Shown one piece after another: positions 54,709-63,463 of a DNA stretch of 64,000 nucleotides (positions are counted from its first letter, which is position 1; each line of letters begins with the position of its first letter). The DNA comes from a virus. Lineage: Duplodnaviria > Heunggongvirae > Uroviricota > Caudoviricetes. The stretch is taken from IMG/VR virus record IMGVR_UViG_3300046692_000144, positions 85,621-149,620 of that record; one strand, written 5' to 3'. Under the pieces are notes generated by a model. It was not told where the DNA came from, did no database searches, and saw only the letters and a list, made by a program, of their open reading frames with translations. Position numbers and translations under genes: made by a program.

Positions 54709-56471
54709 TGGTCTTCACCCTGTGGCTTTTCGGATTTTCCAGAGGCCTGCTGACCTGGGCTTCCGCCCTCTTGTCCAGGAGCCTGACCTTGCTGTGCAGC
54801 AATAGCGTTTGCACCTGCGACCTGAATACCCTCAAGCAAAGCACGGATCTTGATGGACATTGCAGGATCTTCTACATCCATCATGCTCAACTGAAGCTCA
54901 ACTTCTTGAGGGTCCATGGCCATGAATTCCATCGCCTGAGTAATACAGGTACGCATGAACTCAGCTTGCTCCGAAGAAGTCTCGGCATTACGAGTAGAGA
55001 TTTTACGAGCAGCAGTCGTAGTAGCCTCACCAGTTTCGATCTGAATTTCGACAGCCATAACTGCACGGTCGATAGCTTCTTTCTTCTGGTTAGCCATCTC
55101 CTCGTCATAGTCCTCACCGATACTATCGAAGAACTTACGCATCGACATCTTGCCCTGAGTAGCCAGGTTGGCAAACATCTGCTGCATAGTAGTGTCATCG
55201 ATCAGCTTGAATTCTTTCAAGGTAACCTTCGCAGGCTCTAGACTCAGATACTGAGACATCTTACCGAACATCCACTCTAGGAGAGAGTTCAGTTGAGCCA
55301 CGTAGGCATCCATGCTGTTTTCCATCAGTCGAAGACCGACAGTAGACGAAGTCCAGTTAGTAGTACCGCTAAGCAACTCACGAGAAACGCCAAGACTCAG
55401 AAGCATCGTTTCTTCAGCCTGCTGGATCTCCTGGTTTACAAGAAGAGCACGGCCTTCGCCAGTAATAGTCCCGTAACCGATAGGGCCAGGAGCAACCACG
55501 ATGTGAGCACCGTCACGCTTGTGCTTCTTAAGTGCCGCCTCCATATTCCCACGGAAGTTACGCATACTCATGCTAACGGATGGATCTGCGGAACCGTTTG
55601 GAAGAGGGTACACGACACGCAATGGGTGCAGGAACTCGGTAGCAATCGATTCGTTAGCCTTGCGCAGAGTCTGTTGATAGAACACAAGACCGAACAAGGA
55701 GATCAGCGGAGGTACTGCAATACCGTTAAGACTGTGGGTAGTCAGTGACGGGGCCTTCAGGTGATAGATACCATCATCATCGAATTTGTAATCTTGGTTC
55801 GACTTAACTGCCTCGATGAACGACCACGGCGTAGACGAAAGGAAAAGCATATCGCCATCAGCAATCTTCCGACGAATCTCATTCGGGATAGAGTAGTAGT
55901 ACTCAGAGCGACCGGTGATCGGATTGTTGTTCACGATGATGTTCAGAGCATCCCACTGGATGATGTTCATATCGCGGATGTCCATAGACTTACGATCGAT
56001 ACGCTGGAAGACACCATTGTGGTTGCAATGAGGGCAAACACCTAGGAACTCGTATTTCTTGAACTTAACAAACCCAGCCTTACGCATCGGGTAGTCAGTC
56101 TCGCACGCAGTACACCGAAGTACGCGAGTGATGGGGTAGTAGATCGAGATGAAGACGTTACCCAGCGTGTGGTAGCCAAACCCAATTTCTTGGAGGTTCT
56201 GGCGGAGACGCAGGCACTTGAATACTTCTTTGTATTTCTCAGTAGTAGTCTTTTCTTTCGAATCAACGACAAAGTCAGTGATCGGATAGGACGACAGCTT
56301 CCTGATTACCTCAGTGGTAGTCGGGGACTGAGTGGTGATGTACTTCGACCAACGAATGACGTCGTGTAGGTTCCTTGGCAGGAACTGGTTGGCAACAGTG
56401 AACCACGGGCTAGGAGTCTGCCCGGCATTCATAGTATTGCCGAAGGAGGGATTTAGGTAATCAGTGCTCAT
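54705..56471 (-). CDS. Portal protein with zinc-finger insert
   Basis: 588 aa; LGNVF, IYHLK..GIAVPPL, coiled-coil and acidic tail; CTAC...CPHC. Confidence 0.7.
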   Translation of the reverse strand: MSTDYLNPSFGNTMNAGQTPSPWFTVANQFLPRNLHDVIRWSKYITTQSPTTTEVIRKLSSYPITDFVVDSKEKTTTEKYKEVFKCLRLRQNLQEIGFGYHTLGNVFISIYYPITRVLRCTACETDYPMRKAGFVKFKKYEFLGVCPHCNHNGVFQRIDRKSMDIRDMNIIQWDALNIIVNNNPITGRSEYYYSIPNEIRRKIADGDMLFLSSTPWSFIEAVKSNQDYKFDDDGIYHLKAPSLTTHSLNGIAVPPLISLFGLVFYQQTLRKANESIATEFLHPLRVVYPLPNGSADPSVSMSMRNFRGNMEAALKKHKRDGAHIVVAPGPIGYGTITGEGRALLVNQEIQQAEETMLLSLGVSRELLSGTTNWTSSTVGLRLMENSMDAYVAQLNSLLEWMFGKMSQYLSLEPAKVTLKEFKLIDDTTMQQMFANLATQGKMSMRKFFDSIGEDYDEEMANQKKEAIDRAVMAVEIQIETGEATTTAARKISTRNAETSSEQAEFMRTCITQAMEFMAMDPQEVELQLSMMDVEDPAMSIKIRALLEGIQVAGANAIAAQQGQAPGQEGGSPGQQASGKSEKPQGEDQ

Positions 56472-56546
56472 TTAGAAGAAGTGTCCTTGATTGATCTCGA
56501 TTTTAACGGAAAGAAGCCAAGTACTCAATAGCACATATACGTCCCT

Positions 56547-56553
56547 GGTATAA
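56547..56553 (+). promoter_or_regulatory. Early-type promoter motif GGTATAA
   Basis: Upstream of 56604. Confidence 0.7.
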
Positions 56554-56603
56554 GAGTAGTGCAAGAGAATACTTAACCGCCGACCTTTGGAGCTATAACA
56601 ATT

Positions 56604-57149
56604 ATGGGAGCAGCGGCAAAATCTGGTGATGGGGGGAATAAGGAGTTGGAAGACCTTATCCATCAGCTATCCGACAGGGTCGTGGGGAAGATGATTGTTG
56701 TAAACGGCAAGACGGGTGAACGTTCCCAGATGGTGTCCTTTGATTTTGATGCTCGGGATTCCATCGAAGTAATGTTCGAAGGCGTTCCTCCAGTGGAGGG
56801 GGAGGAAGAAATCTTCACTTATAGCTTTCCGAAAGAATCTGACAATGCTGAGGCTGATCTAGAAATGGCTAGAGATGGATATCGTAAGGGCGGAAACTCC
56901 TCAGCAGAGACTCTGGAGGCTGCCTTAGGCGAGGCGCTTCGGGAAAGCGATCTCGAAAACAGGGAACCTACGTACGAGGATTTCCTTATCAACATTGACA
57001 TTCATTTTGAGGACCTGAGCCAACCAGAGAAAAATAAAGCCATGATCCATGACCTTGATGACTTGCTGGACCTGTACGAAAGCCTCGGTTACTCCGAGGA
57101 GGAAAAGAAGAAGACTAAGAAAGGCTTCTTCTCAAAGATGTTCTCTTAG
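56604..57149 (+). CDS. Hypothetical acidic protein
   Basis: 181 aa followed by a TTCG hairpin. Confidence 0.65.
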   Translation: MGAAAKSGDGGNKELEDLIHQLSDRVVGKMIVVNGKTGERSQMVSFDFDARDSIEVMFEGVPPVEGEEEIFTYSFPKESDNAEADLEMARDGYRKGGNSSAETLEAALGEALRESDLENREPTYEDFLINIDIHFEDLSQPEKNKAMIHDLDDLLDLYESLGYSEEEKKKTKKGFFSKMFS

Positions 57150-57162
57150 GCAAATAGACATG

Positions 57163-57182
57163 CCGGACCCTTCGGGGTCCGG
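57163..57182 (+). terminator. GC hairpin with TTCG loop (terminator-like, weak T-tract)
   Basis: CCGGACCC-TTCG-GGGTCCGG. Confidence 0.55.
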
Positions 57183-57767
57183 TTCTAGACAAAACTAGAC
57201 AAAGTCATGTCTACGCTGAGAGGCCCGTCCTAGAGCCTTCTAGACAAAATTTAGACATTTCCAAAAGTTCACGTCTAAGGCATGTCTACGGCTGCAGCCC
57301 AGGTGGGCCGTGGCTTCCAGCCTTTTTTAGACAAAAAGACATGAATTTTCCCCGCACGAGCACCCAGAGCTTGGAAACACGGAAATAAAAAAACAACTCT
57401 GTGATCCGTACCTACGAGCCATAGCCATGTCATGGGTACATTAATATAGTTATAAATATATAAATATATATATGTATGTATATGACTGTCTCCATTTCTG
57501 TTTTTATTTAGTGGAGAATCTGAGCCCCAGTGCTTGTGCCAGGAAAATTCATGTCTAAATGTCTAGCGCACCACTCAAAGCCATACGGGACGTGGCTTAC
57601 AGCCGTAGACATGACTTAGACAAAACTTTTCAGAAATGTCTTAGATTCTGTCTAACCGCTCTAGTCCGGGCCTCTTAGCCTAGACATGGTTTGTCTACGG
57701 CTTAGACATTCCTCTGAAGGCCGCGTAGATCAAGGCCTCGTTCCGCGCGGTGTCTAGATCAATGGTT
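57183..57767. repeat. Large imperfect palindrome (copy 2), inverted relative to 5358-5975
   Basis: Core 57398-57498 is the reverse complement of 5615-5715 at 100/101; TAGAC-rich arms are diverged. Confidence 0.95.
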
Positions 57768-57818
57768 TCAGAGTGGGCATGAGAAGGTGTAAACTAGACC
57801 TCACTAGGAGATCACTAC

Positions 57819-58157
57819 ATGAACTACGACTTTTCCATTGAGAACCCACAGATCAAAGGTTGGCTTAACCGAGAGAACGACCTCGTACCTGTCAGGGAAT
57901 TCGTCTACCTGCATGACCACCCACTGATTCGACCGAACTTCCTTTCCGACATTGAGGTGCTTATTTTTGTCACCGGGCAGCATATGCTTGCTCGCGGTAT
58001 CTCTGGTGCAGCAGGCAAGCGCCTCCTCGCCTTCTCTGAGACGTTTGCCAATCGACTTGAGGTCTTCGTTAGGGAGAAGTCGGAAAACGTCGCTAAGGAG
58101 GTCTTAGAGAGTCTGAGAGAGATCTATCTCCTCTGCGAGAAGATTCGGAAGATGTAA
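57819..58157 (+). CDS. Hypothetical protein
   Basis: 112 aa with AGGAG SD and a terminator. Confidence 0.7.
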   Translation: MNYDFSIENPQIKGWLNRENDLVPVREFVYLHDHPLIRPNFLSDIEVLIFVTGQHMLARGISGAAGKRLLAFSETFANRLEVFVREKSENVAKEVLESLREIYLLCEKIRKM

Positions 58158-58158
58158 C

Positions 58159-58192
58159 AAAAACCCCGCCTTATGAGCGGGGTTTTTTTAGC
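58159..58192. terminator. Bidirectional intrinsic terminator
   Basis: AAAAACCCCGC-CTTATGA-GCGGGGTTTTT. Confidence 0.85.
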
Positions 58193-58202
58193 CTTCTAAG
58201 AC

Positions 58203-59177
58203 TCAGTCGGTGTAGAACTCGATGATTCCCAGGTAGGCAGGGGAGCTTGCACTGATAATTACGTTACCCGATGCAAACACCGTTACCGTTACGCTTCCGC
58301 TACCCCCGTTAGAGGCCCCGAAGGCGTTATTGGTTAGAGGTCGGAATCCCGCTGGTAGGGTAAAAGCTACGGAACCTGCGGAACCGCTCTGCAACGCACC
58401 TCGGATGATAACTTTGCTGCCCACCCGCTTGTACTGAACTGCTTGGTAGCTGGAGACGTTCACCCAGGAGTTGACCAGAGTAGGGGTGACCCATTGTTCT
58501 TCAGCTACAGTCTGGATCAGACGGGTAGGAGACGAAGCGTTAATGGTAATAACCGGTGAAGACCCAGATACGCTAACTACGGTATAGAGTGGGTAGAAAC
58601 CTGGAGTTACCGAAGGCGCTATCGAAGTGCCGGTGTTCGCCTGAGCGCCTGCTACAACGTTTACAGTCAGGTAGCCGTTCAGCAAGTTTGACTGCAACAG
58701 TGGGTTGGCGGAATCGAAGTTAGGATACGAGGTAGTGCCAGTGAACTCAGTGAATCCAGCCTGGACGATGTAGGTCATCTCTTGGCCCAAAGTTACGGGG
58801 GCAGGAGTGTTCAAGGTTACAGTGGTGTGGCTACCCGCTACCCGAAGGATAGGAGTGGCATCCGCAACCGAGATTGCTCCTGGCAGCATCATTGCACCTG
58901 GAGCTACTGATACCGTGGAAGCAGAAGCAACGGATGCACGAAGTCCTACCAGAGACTGCCCGGAACCGTACATACCGGATTGCAACGCAGAGGCTCTCAG
59001 GGCTTCGATTAGGACACCGCGACGACCGGCATCTGCTGCGTTTGCTAGGCTACTGGAGTTGGTGCTTAGGTCCTGAAGCGGGCGGTTATCAATGGTGTAG
59101 TAGTACGGGTCCAGCTCAGTATAGAGGCGAACCGAAGTAAAGTTCGATGAGGAAGACGTGAAAGATGGGGTAGACAC
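58203..59177 (-). CDS. Tail-fibre-like / receptor-binding virion protein
   Basis: C-terminal W..PTL.NSW...QYKR.G..V.IRG...FTLPAGFRP domain. Confidence 0.65.
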   Translation of the reverse strand: MSTPSFTSSSSNFTSVRLYTELDPYYYTIDNRPLQDLSTNSSSLANAADAGRRGVLIEALRASALQSGMYGSGQSLVGLRASVASASTVSVAPGAMMLPGAISVADATPILRVAGSHTTVTLNTPAPVTLGQEMTYIVQAGFTEFTGTTSYPNFDSANPLLQSNLLNGYLTVNVVAGAQANTGTSIAPSVTPGFYPLYTVVSVSGSSPVITINASSPTRLIQTVAEEQWVTPTLVNSWVNVSSYQAVQYKRVGSKVIIRGALQSGSAGSVAFTLPAGFRPLTNNAFGASNGGSGSVTVTVFASGNVIISASSPAYLGIIEFYTD

Positions 59178-59312
59178 TAAGTAGCTCCTGAGTGTTTGAG
59201 ATGACGATATTCGTGCATTTTAAGAGGCAGAGGTCTTTGTTGGTACAAGAGAGGTGGACCACCGCAGATTATCTGCGTAAACTCATGCTTCTAGAAAATT
59301 GGTAACTATGCT

Positions 59313-59867
59313 ATGTGGAATTTTAACAAGGTGGGTAGGGTAATAAATACTCGAACCATCCAGCGTGGCTTGAAAGTAGAACTCCAATGGGTATGGCCTT
59401 GGAAACGTTCTACGTTGAATCTCTGCAAACCATACTTGGTCACGGTTACAAATCCTCAGGGTATCCGAGTTCATCATCAAGAGGCTGATGACAAGCTTTG
59501 CTTTAAACAAGTAGTTCTGGACTACTACCGAAAAAGCATACCTCTTGAAATGCACGATGAGGACGTTCAGGTTTGGGCCTTCAACCTTGAAACATCCCTT
59601 GAGCAGTATCTTGAGCGGTTTCTTCCTGACGGTGACTTTTTAGTACACGTACCTGTTTCAGAGAAGGCTAGTAGGAACTTCTGGAAGAAGAGGGTTGGGG
59701 TTGAGGAATCTAATGCTAGTCATCTTGATTGCGCTGTTACTAATATTACTGGCTATGACAAGCCTGCTATCTATCTCGCCTCACGGGCGAACCCACAGCA
59801 ACCAGGTAGATATCTCCTTATCACGGTTAGTGACGGCCACGTTAAGACCACGGTAAACCTCCTATGA
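59313..59867 (+). CDS. Hypothetical protein
   Basis: 184 aa coupled to the helicase gene. Confidence 0.65.
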   Translation: MWNFNKVGRVINTRTIQRGLKVELQWVWPWKRSTLNLCKPYLVTVTNPQGIRVHHQEADDKLCFKQVVLDYYRKSIPLEMHDEDVQVWAFNLETSLEQYLERFLPDGDFLVHVPVSEKASRNFWKKRVGVEESNASHLDCAVTNITGYDKPAIYLASRANPQQPGRYLLITVSDGHVKTTVNLL

Positions 59868-61630
59868 GACTGATCTCCAGCGGTAAGTACATCGAGGCTA
59901 TACCTCAGACTTCCAAGGAGATTTCTCAGATGGAGAAGTTTCCGGGCTTCTTCCGTAGTGGCCCTCGATACTTCGCAGTTAAGAAGACTCTGGTAGTTCA
60001 GAACTTGGCAAAGCGTTTAAAGGCTCACTTCGGGGCTCTGGACGTAGACCGAGAGGTGTTCAGCATTGCCAAAGGATCATTGAAGCTCAAGGACATCCCT
60101 GAGGACTTTGTATTCCACACTACTCCGCTAACTCCTCAGATGATTGCCCTGAGGTTCTTGTACACCCTTGAAAGTGCGGGGTTGCTTTTAGAACCGGGTA
60201 TGGGTAAGACCAAGATCTACCTGGACTACATCTTCCTGATGAAGTTCCGTCGTAGTTTGGTGGTATGTCCTATGGCTTTGCTGGGTACCTGGGAGGATGA
60301 GGTTGCAGTCCACCGACCTGAGCTGAATGTCTACCTTGTCAGGACTACGAACTGGGCCGAAGAGCTTCCGAAGATGAAAGAGGCTGATCTAGTGGTTATC
60401 AACTACGATAAAGCCGTTCGTCTGTACGAAGGTCTTAGCACGGAAATCCAGTTCGACTCGATGAACATCGACGAGGGCCTCATCAAGTCTCCGACTACGG
60501 CTCGAACCAAGTGTCTGACTGCTATTGGTCAGGAGGTGAAACATAAGGTAATCAACTCCGGCACCTTGATCAACAACTCCCCTCTCGATCTGTTTGCTCC
60601 TGTGCGTTACTTGGAGCCATCTTTGGTTGGCCGGGACTACAAGGTATTCAAAGAGCTCTACGCAATCGAGAGCAAGAAAGGTAAAGACGCTAGTGGTAAG
60701 CCGTTACGTCAGTTCGTAGTTGGCTATAAAAACGTCGAGGAGATGCGAGATACTCTTGAGTCTTGCTGCATCGTTATGAAGAAGTCGGAATGGTTGAAAG
60801 ACCTGCCTGAGAAGACTTTCCATATCGTAGATGTGAAGGCTTCCGAGGAACAGAAACGTGTCTTCGGGGAGTTGCAGTCCAACTTCATGGCTCTGTTCCA
60901 AGATCGATACGTGGAAGTTCCCAGCCCTCTTGTACTGGCAGCTAAGCAGTGCCAGGTTGCTAACGGATTCATCTATTACACCGAAAGTAAGGACATTCTT
61001 GCAGATGATCTCGATTATTTCAGTGAAGCTCAATTCAGTCGGATAAAGAAGAAGGAGAAGCTTGCAGTAAAACGAGAGACCTTATTCTTCCCGGAACAAC
61101 CGAAGCTTACCGAGTTGATGAGATTACTTCAGGTTCAGATGCCTGAAAGACGGGTCATGGTCTGGTACAACTCTCAAGCTGAGCGTGTTCTTATTGAGAG
61201 TGAATTCAACAACGTAGGCCTAGAGTTCCTCACCATTGCAGGTGGGGAAAAAGATACCTCGGGTAAGGTCCGTCTCTTTAACCGTGACAAGAAATACAAG
61301 GTTCTGCTATGCCAGGCCAAAGCTGTTAACTATGGCGTAACTGTCCTCGGCCACAAAGAGGATCATGAAGTAGATGTTGATACGGTATTCCGTGAGGTTG
61401 ACAGCACGGTCTACACGCAGATCTTCTACAGCCTGAACTTTAGCCTTGAGGTGTTCCTACAGCAACAGGATCGGGTTCACCGCATTGGTCAGAAGAAGGC
61501 ATGTGATTACTTCATTCTATTGACAGACTTCGACATAGAGAGGTATGTTTACAAGGTTCTCGGCGATAAAGAAGACGTGAAGGACACCATGATGGTGGAC
61601 TTCGTCAAAAGCCGAAAGGTAGACCTATGA
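59864..61630 (+). CDS. SNF2-family (SF2) helicase/ATPase
   Basis: EPGMGKT, IDEG, SGTLINNSPLDL, QQQDRVHRIGQ. Confidence 0.9.
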   Translation: MRLISSGKYIEAIPQTSKEISQMEKFPGFFRSGPRYFAVKKTLVVQNLAKRLKAHFGALDVDREVFSIAKGSLKLKDIPEDFVFHTTPLTPQMIALRFLYTLESAGLLLEPGMGKTKIYLDYIFLMKFRRSLVVCPMALLGTWEDEVAVHRPELNVYLVRTTNWAEELPKMKEADLVVINYDKAVRLYEGLSTEIQFDSMNIDEGLIKSPTTARTKCLTAIGQEVKHKVINSGTLINNSPLDLFAPVRYLEPSLVGRDYKVFKELYAIESKKGKDASGKPLRQFVVGYKNVEEMRDTLESCCIVMKKSEWLKDLPEKTFHIVDVKASEEQKRVFGELQSNFMALFQDRYVEVPSPLVLAAKQCQVANGFIYYTESKDILADDLDYFSEAQFSRIKKKEKLAVKRETLFFPEQPKLTELMRLLQVQMPERRVMVWYNSQAERVLIESEFNNVGLEFLTIAGGEKDTSGKVRLFNRDKKYKVLLCQAKAVNYGVTVLGHKEDHEVDVDTVFREVDSTVYTQIFYSLNFSLEVFLQQQDRVHRIGQKKACDYFILLTDFDIERYVYKVLGDKEDVKDTMMVDFVKSRKVDL

Positions 61631-61923
61631 AACTTACTGAATACGAATTGGATCTGTTATCACATTCCTTAGAAGCTGACGGTAATCGTGATCGTTACTA
61701 CGAAGCTTCTAAAGACACTTTGAAACTCGCCACGTCTCTGAACAAGTATGCAATCGGTCTTACCACTGAACGTAACCTTGCCAGAGACATCGGGGGTCTG
61801 TTCGTTGAGCTGAATCGATTGGTGCTTACTATGGAGGAGCCTTGGCTTGTCCAGATAAACATCAATCGTCGTATTTCCCAAGTTCGGGAAACCTACCTTG
61901 AAGCTCAAGGAGAGGCACAATGA
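61627..61923 (+). CDS. Possible inactive MazG-like paralog
   Basis: Aligns by eye with the next ORF but lacks its EE..E / E..D acidic residues. Confidence 0.45.
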   Translation: MKLTEYELDLLSHSLEADGNRDRYYEASKDTLKLATSLNKYAIGLTTERNLARDIGGLFVELNRLVLTMEEPWLVQININRRISQVRETYLEAQGEAQ

Positions 61924-62231
61924 GTCTTGTTCTTGATGATACCTTGGTTCTTCAAAACGCATTGGATACTTGGGGTTACGATGCTCAGCTAGGTATGGCT
62001 AACGAAGAGTTAGCAGAGCTGATCACCGCCATTAACCAGTGGAAACGTGGACGAATTACCAAAGAGCAATTGGCGAGCGAGGTTGCAGACTCGTTCATTA
62101 TGGTTACTCAGATGGCAATCATGGTGGGTGAAGAGTTGGTTCAGGACCACGTCCTCTTCAAGGTGAACCGGTTGAAACAACGTCTTGAAGATTACAATGC
62201 TCCAAAGGGTCTTGGTATAAGAGAAGTGTAG
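61920..62231 (+). CDS. MazG-like all-alpha NTP pyrophosphohydrolase
   Basis: ANEELAELI...LASEVAD. Confidence 0.8.
   Translation: MSLVLDDTLVLQNALDTWGYDAQLGMANEELAELITAINQWKRGRITKEQLASEVADSFIMVTQMAIMVGEELVQDHVLFKVNRLKQRLEDYNAPKGLGIREV
62214..62220 (+). promoter_or_regulatory. Early-type promoter motif GGTATAA
   Basis: Upstream of 62266. Confidence 0.7.
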
Positions 62232-62265
62232 AAGAACTTACTCTTATTAGAAAAGGACCTTACCG

Positions 62266-62586
62266 ATGAACCTGCAAAACTCTGATCGCACCTCCCTTTC
62301 CGCCGTACGCGTTTTGGATACGCCTGTCGAAGTAAACACTGGTAAGTCGGTAATGTTCGATCCGCTTTGTGCGGACCACCGAAATGCTTTCCGGATCATG
62401 ATCCTTGCCGGTAAGCAGACCGATATTCGGTTTGACCTGGAGGGGTTTACATCTGTACCTGCAATGATGCTATACAAGATGGCCGTATTCGGAGCAGGTG
62501 CTCTTGATACTGTTTCCCGAGACACGCGTGCCAACCTTGAGAAGCGTGTACATTTACACGTAGTTCCTTCCTACCGTCGAACCTAA
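62266..62586 (+). CDS. Hypothetical protein
   Basis: 106 aa with an AGGACC-N6-ATG leader. Confidence 0.65.
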   Translation: MNLQNSDRTSLSAVRVLDTPVEVNTGKSVMFDPLCADHRNAFRIMILAGKQTDIRFDLEGFTSVPAMMLYKMAVFGAGALDTVSRDTRANLEKRVHLHVVPSYRRT

Positions 62587-62640
62587 CAAAACAAACCTTA
62601 AGAGGCCTAGGATAGTCTAGGCCTCGGCAAGAGTGTGTCT

Positions 62641-62880
62641 ATGAGATTACTTCATTTAGTCTTCGCAGCAATTGCGGTAGTTACACCAACCCTTCCATCT
62701 CGTGCGGAAGACCCTATCAAGGTTCAAGCACCTGCTCCTGAGAAGAAGAGTGCAAGGCCTGTGGTTAGAAATTTCATGGTTACTGAATGTACGAAGAAAA
62801 CAGGATGCTTAATGAAGATGCGTCCTCACGAAAAGATCCTTGCTAAAGATGGTTCAATTACGTGGCGGAAAATTCAATAA
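62641..62880 (+). CDS. Small secreted/membrane protein
   Basis: Signal-peptide-like MRLLHLVFAAIAVV. Confidence 0.5.
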   Translation: MRLLHLVFAAIAVVTPTLPSRAEDPIKVQAPAPEKKSARPVVRNFMVTECTKKTGCLMKMRPHEKILAKDGSITWRKIQ

Positions 62881-62893
62881 TTTGCAATACACT

Positions 62894-62900
62894 GGTATAA
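62894..62900 (+). promoter_or_regulatory. Early-type promoter motif GGTATAA
   Basis: Upstream of 62974. Confidence 0.7.
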
Positions 62901-62973
62901 CAATAGTGCGAGAGAGTACTTACTTATTAGACTCTCCGCACTAAACCTTTCGAAAGTTTTTAGGAGTCTCAAA

Positions 62974-63369
62974 ATGAGTGCACTGAACCTGTCCGGCGTA
63001 TTTGGCGTTGCTTTCCAAGCTAACAAAGAACTGGCCAAAACCGCCGCGTACTTCGAAGCAGGCCGCATCATCAACAACAAGCTGGTTGGCCTGATCGTTC
63101 CGAAGCTGCCAATGATGATCCGTGGTTACGCGCAAACCGCTTTCGGCAAGCTGGCTCTGGCCAACCTGTTCCTGGTCGGCGTCCAGAAGTTCAAGCCTGA
63201 AAACGATCTGCTGGCCAAACTGGGCTACGCCGCCGTTACCAACGCTTACACCGAAGCGTTCCAAGACCTGAACATCGAAGGCCTGATCGACTCCTTCCTG
63301 GGCGACAGCAACATCGCCAAAGCAATCGGCCTGGTCGATGCTGCGGTAGCTGAAACCGCTGCTCAGTAA
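62974..63369 (+). CDS. Hypothetical protein, probably highly expressed
   Basis: AGGAG SD, strongly biased codons, own terminator. Confidence 0.75.
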   Translation: MSALNLSGVFGVAFQANKELAKTAAYFEAGRIINNKLVGLIVPKLPMMIRGYAQTAFGKLALANLFLVGVQKFKPENDLLAKLGYAAVTNAYTEAFQDLNIEGLIDSFLGDSNIAKAIGLVDAAVAETAAQ

Positions 63370-63391
63370 TTTCTGAGCGGCTTGACTTGAG

Positions 63392-63409
63392 GAGCCCCTA
63401 ACGGGGCTC
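63392..63409 (+). terminator. Intrinsic terminator hairpin
   Basis: GAGCCCC-TAAC-GGGGCTC followed by a T-rich tract. Confidence 0.7.
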
Positions 63410-63463
63410 TTCTCGTTTCTATCTTTCTGTTTTCTTTAGCCTCTTAGAGCTTTGGAGAAGAAT

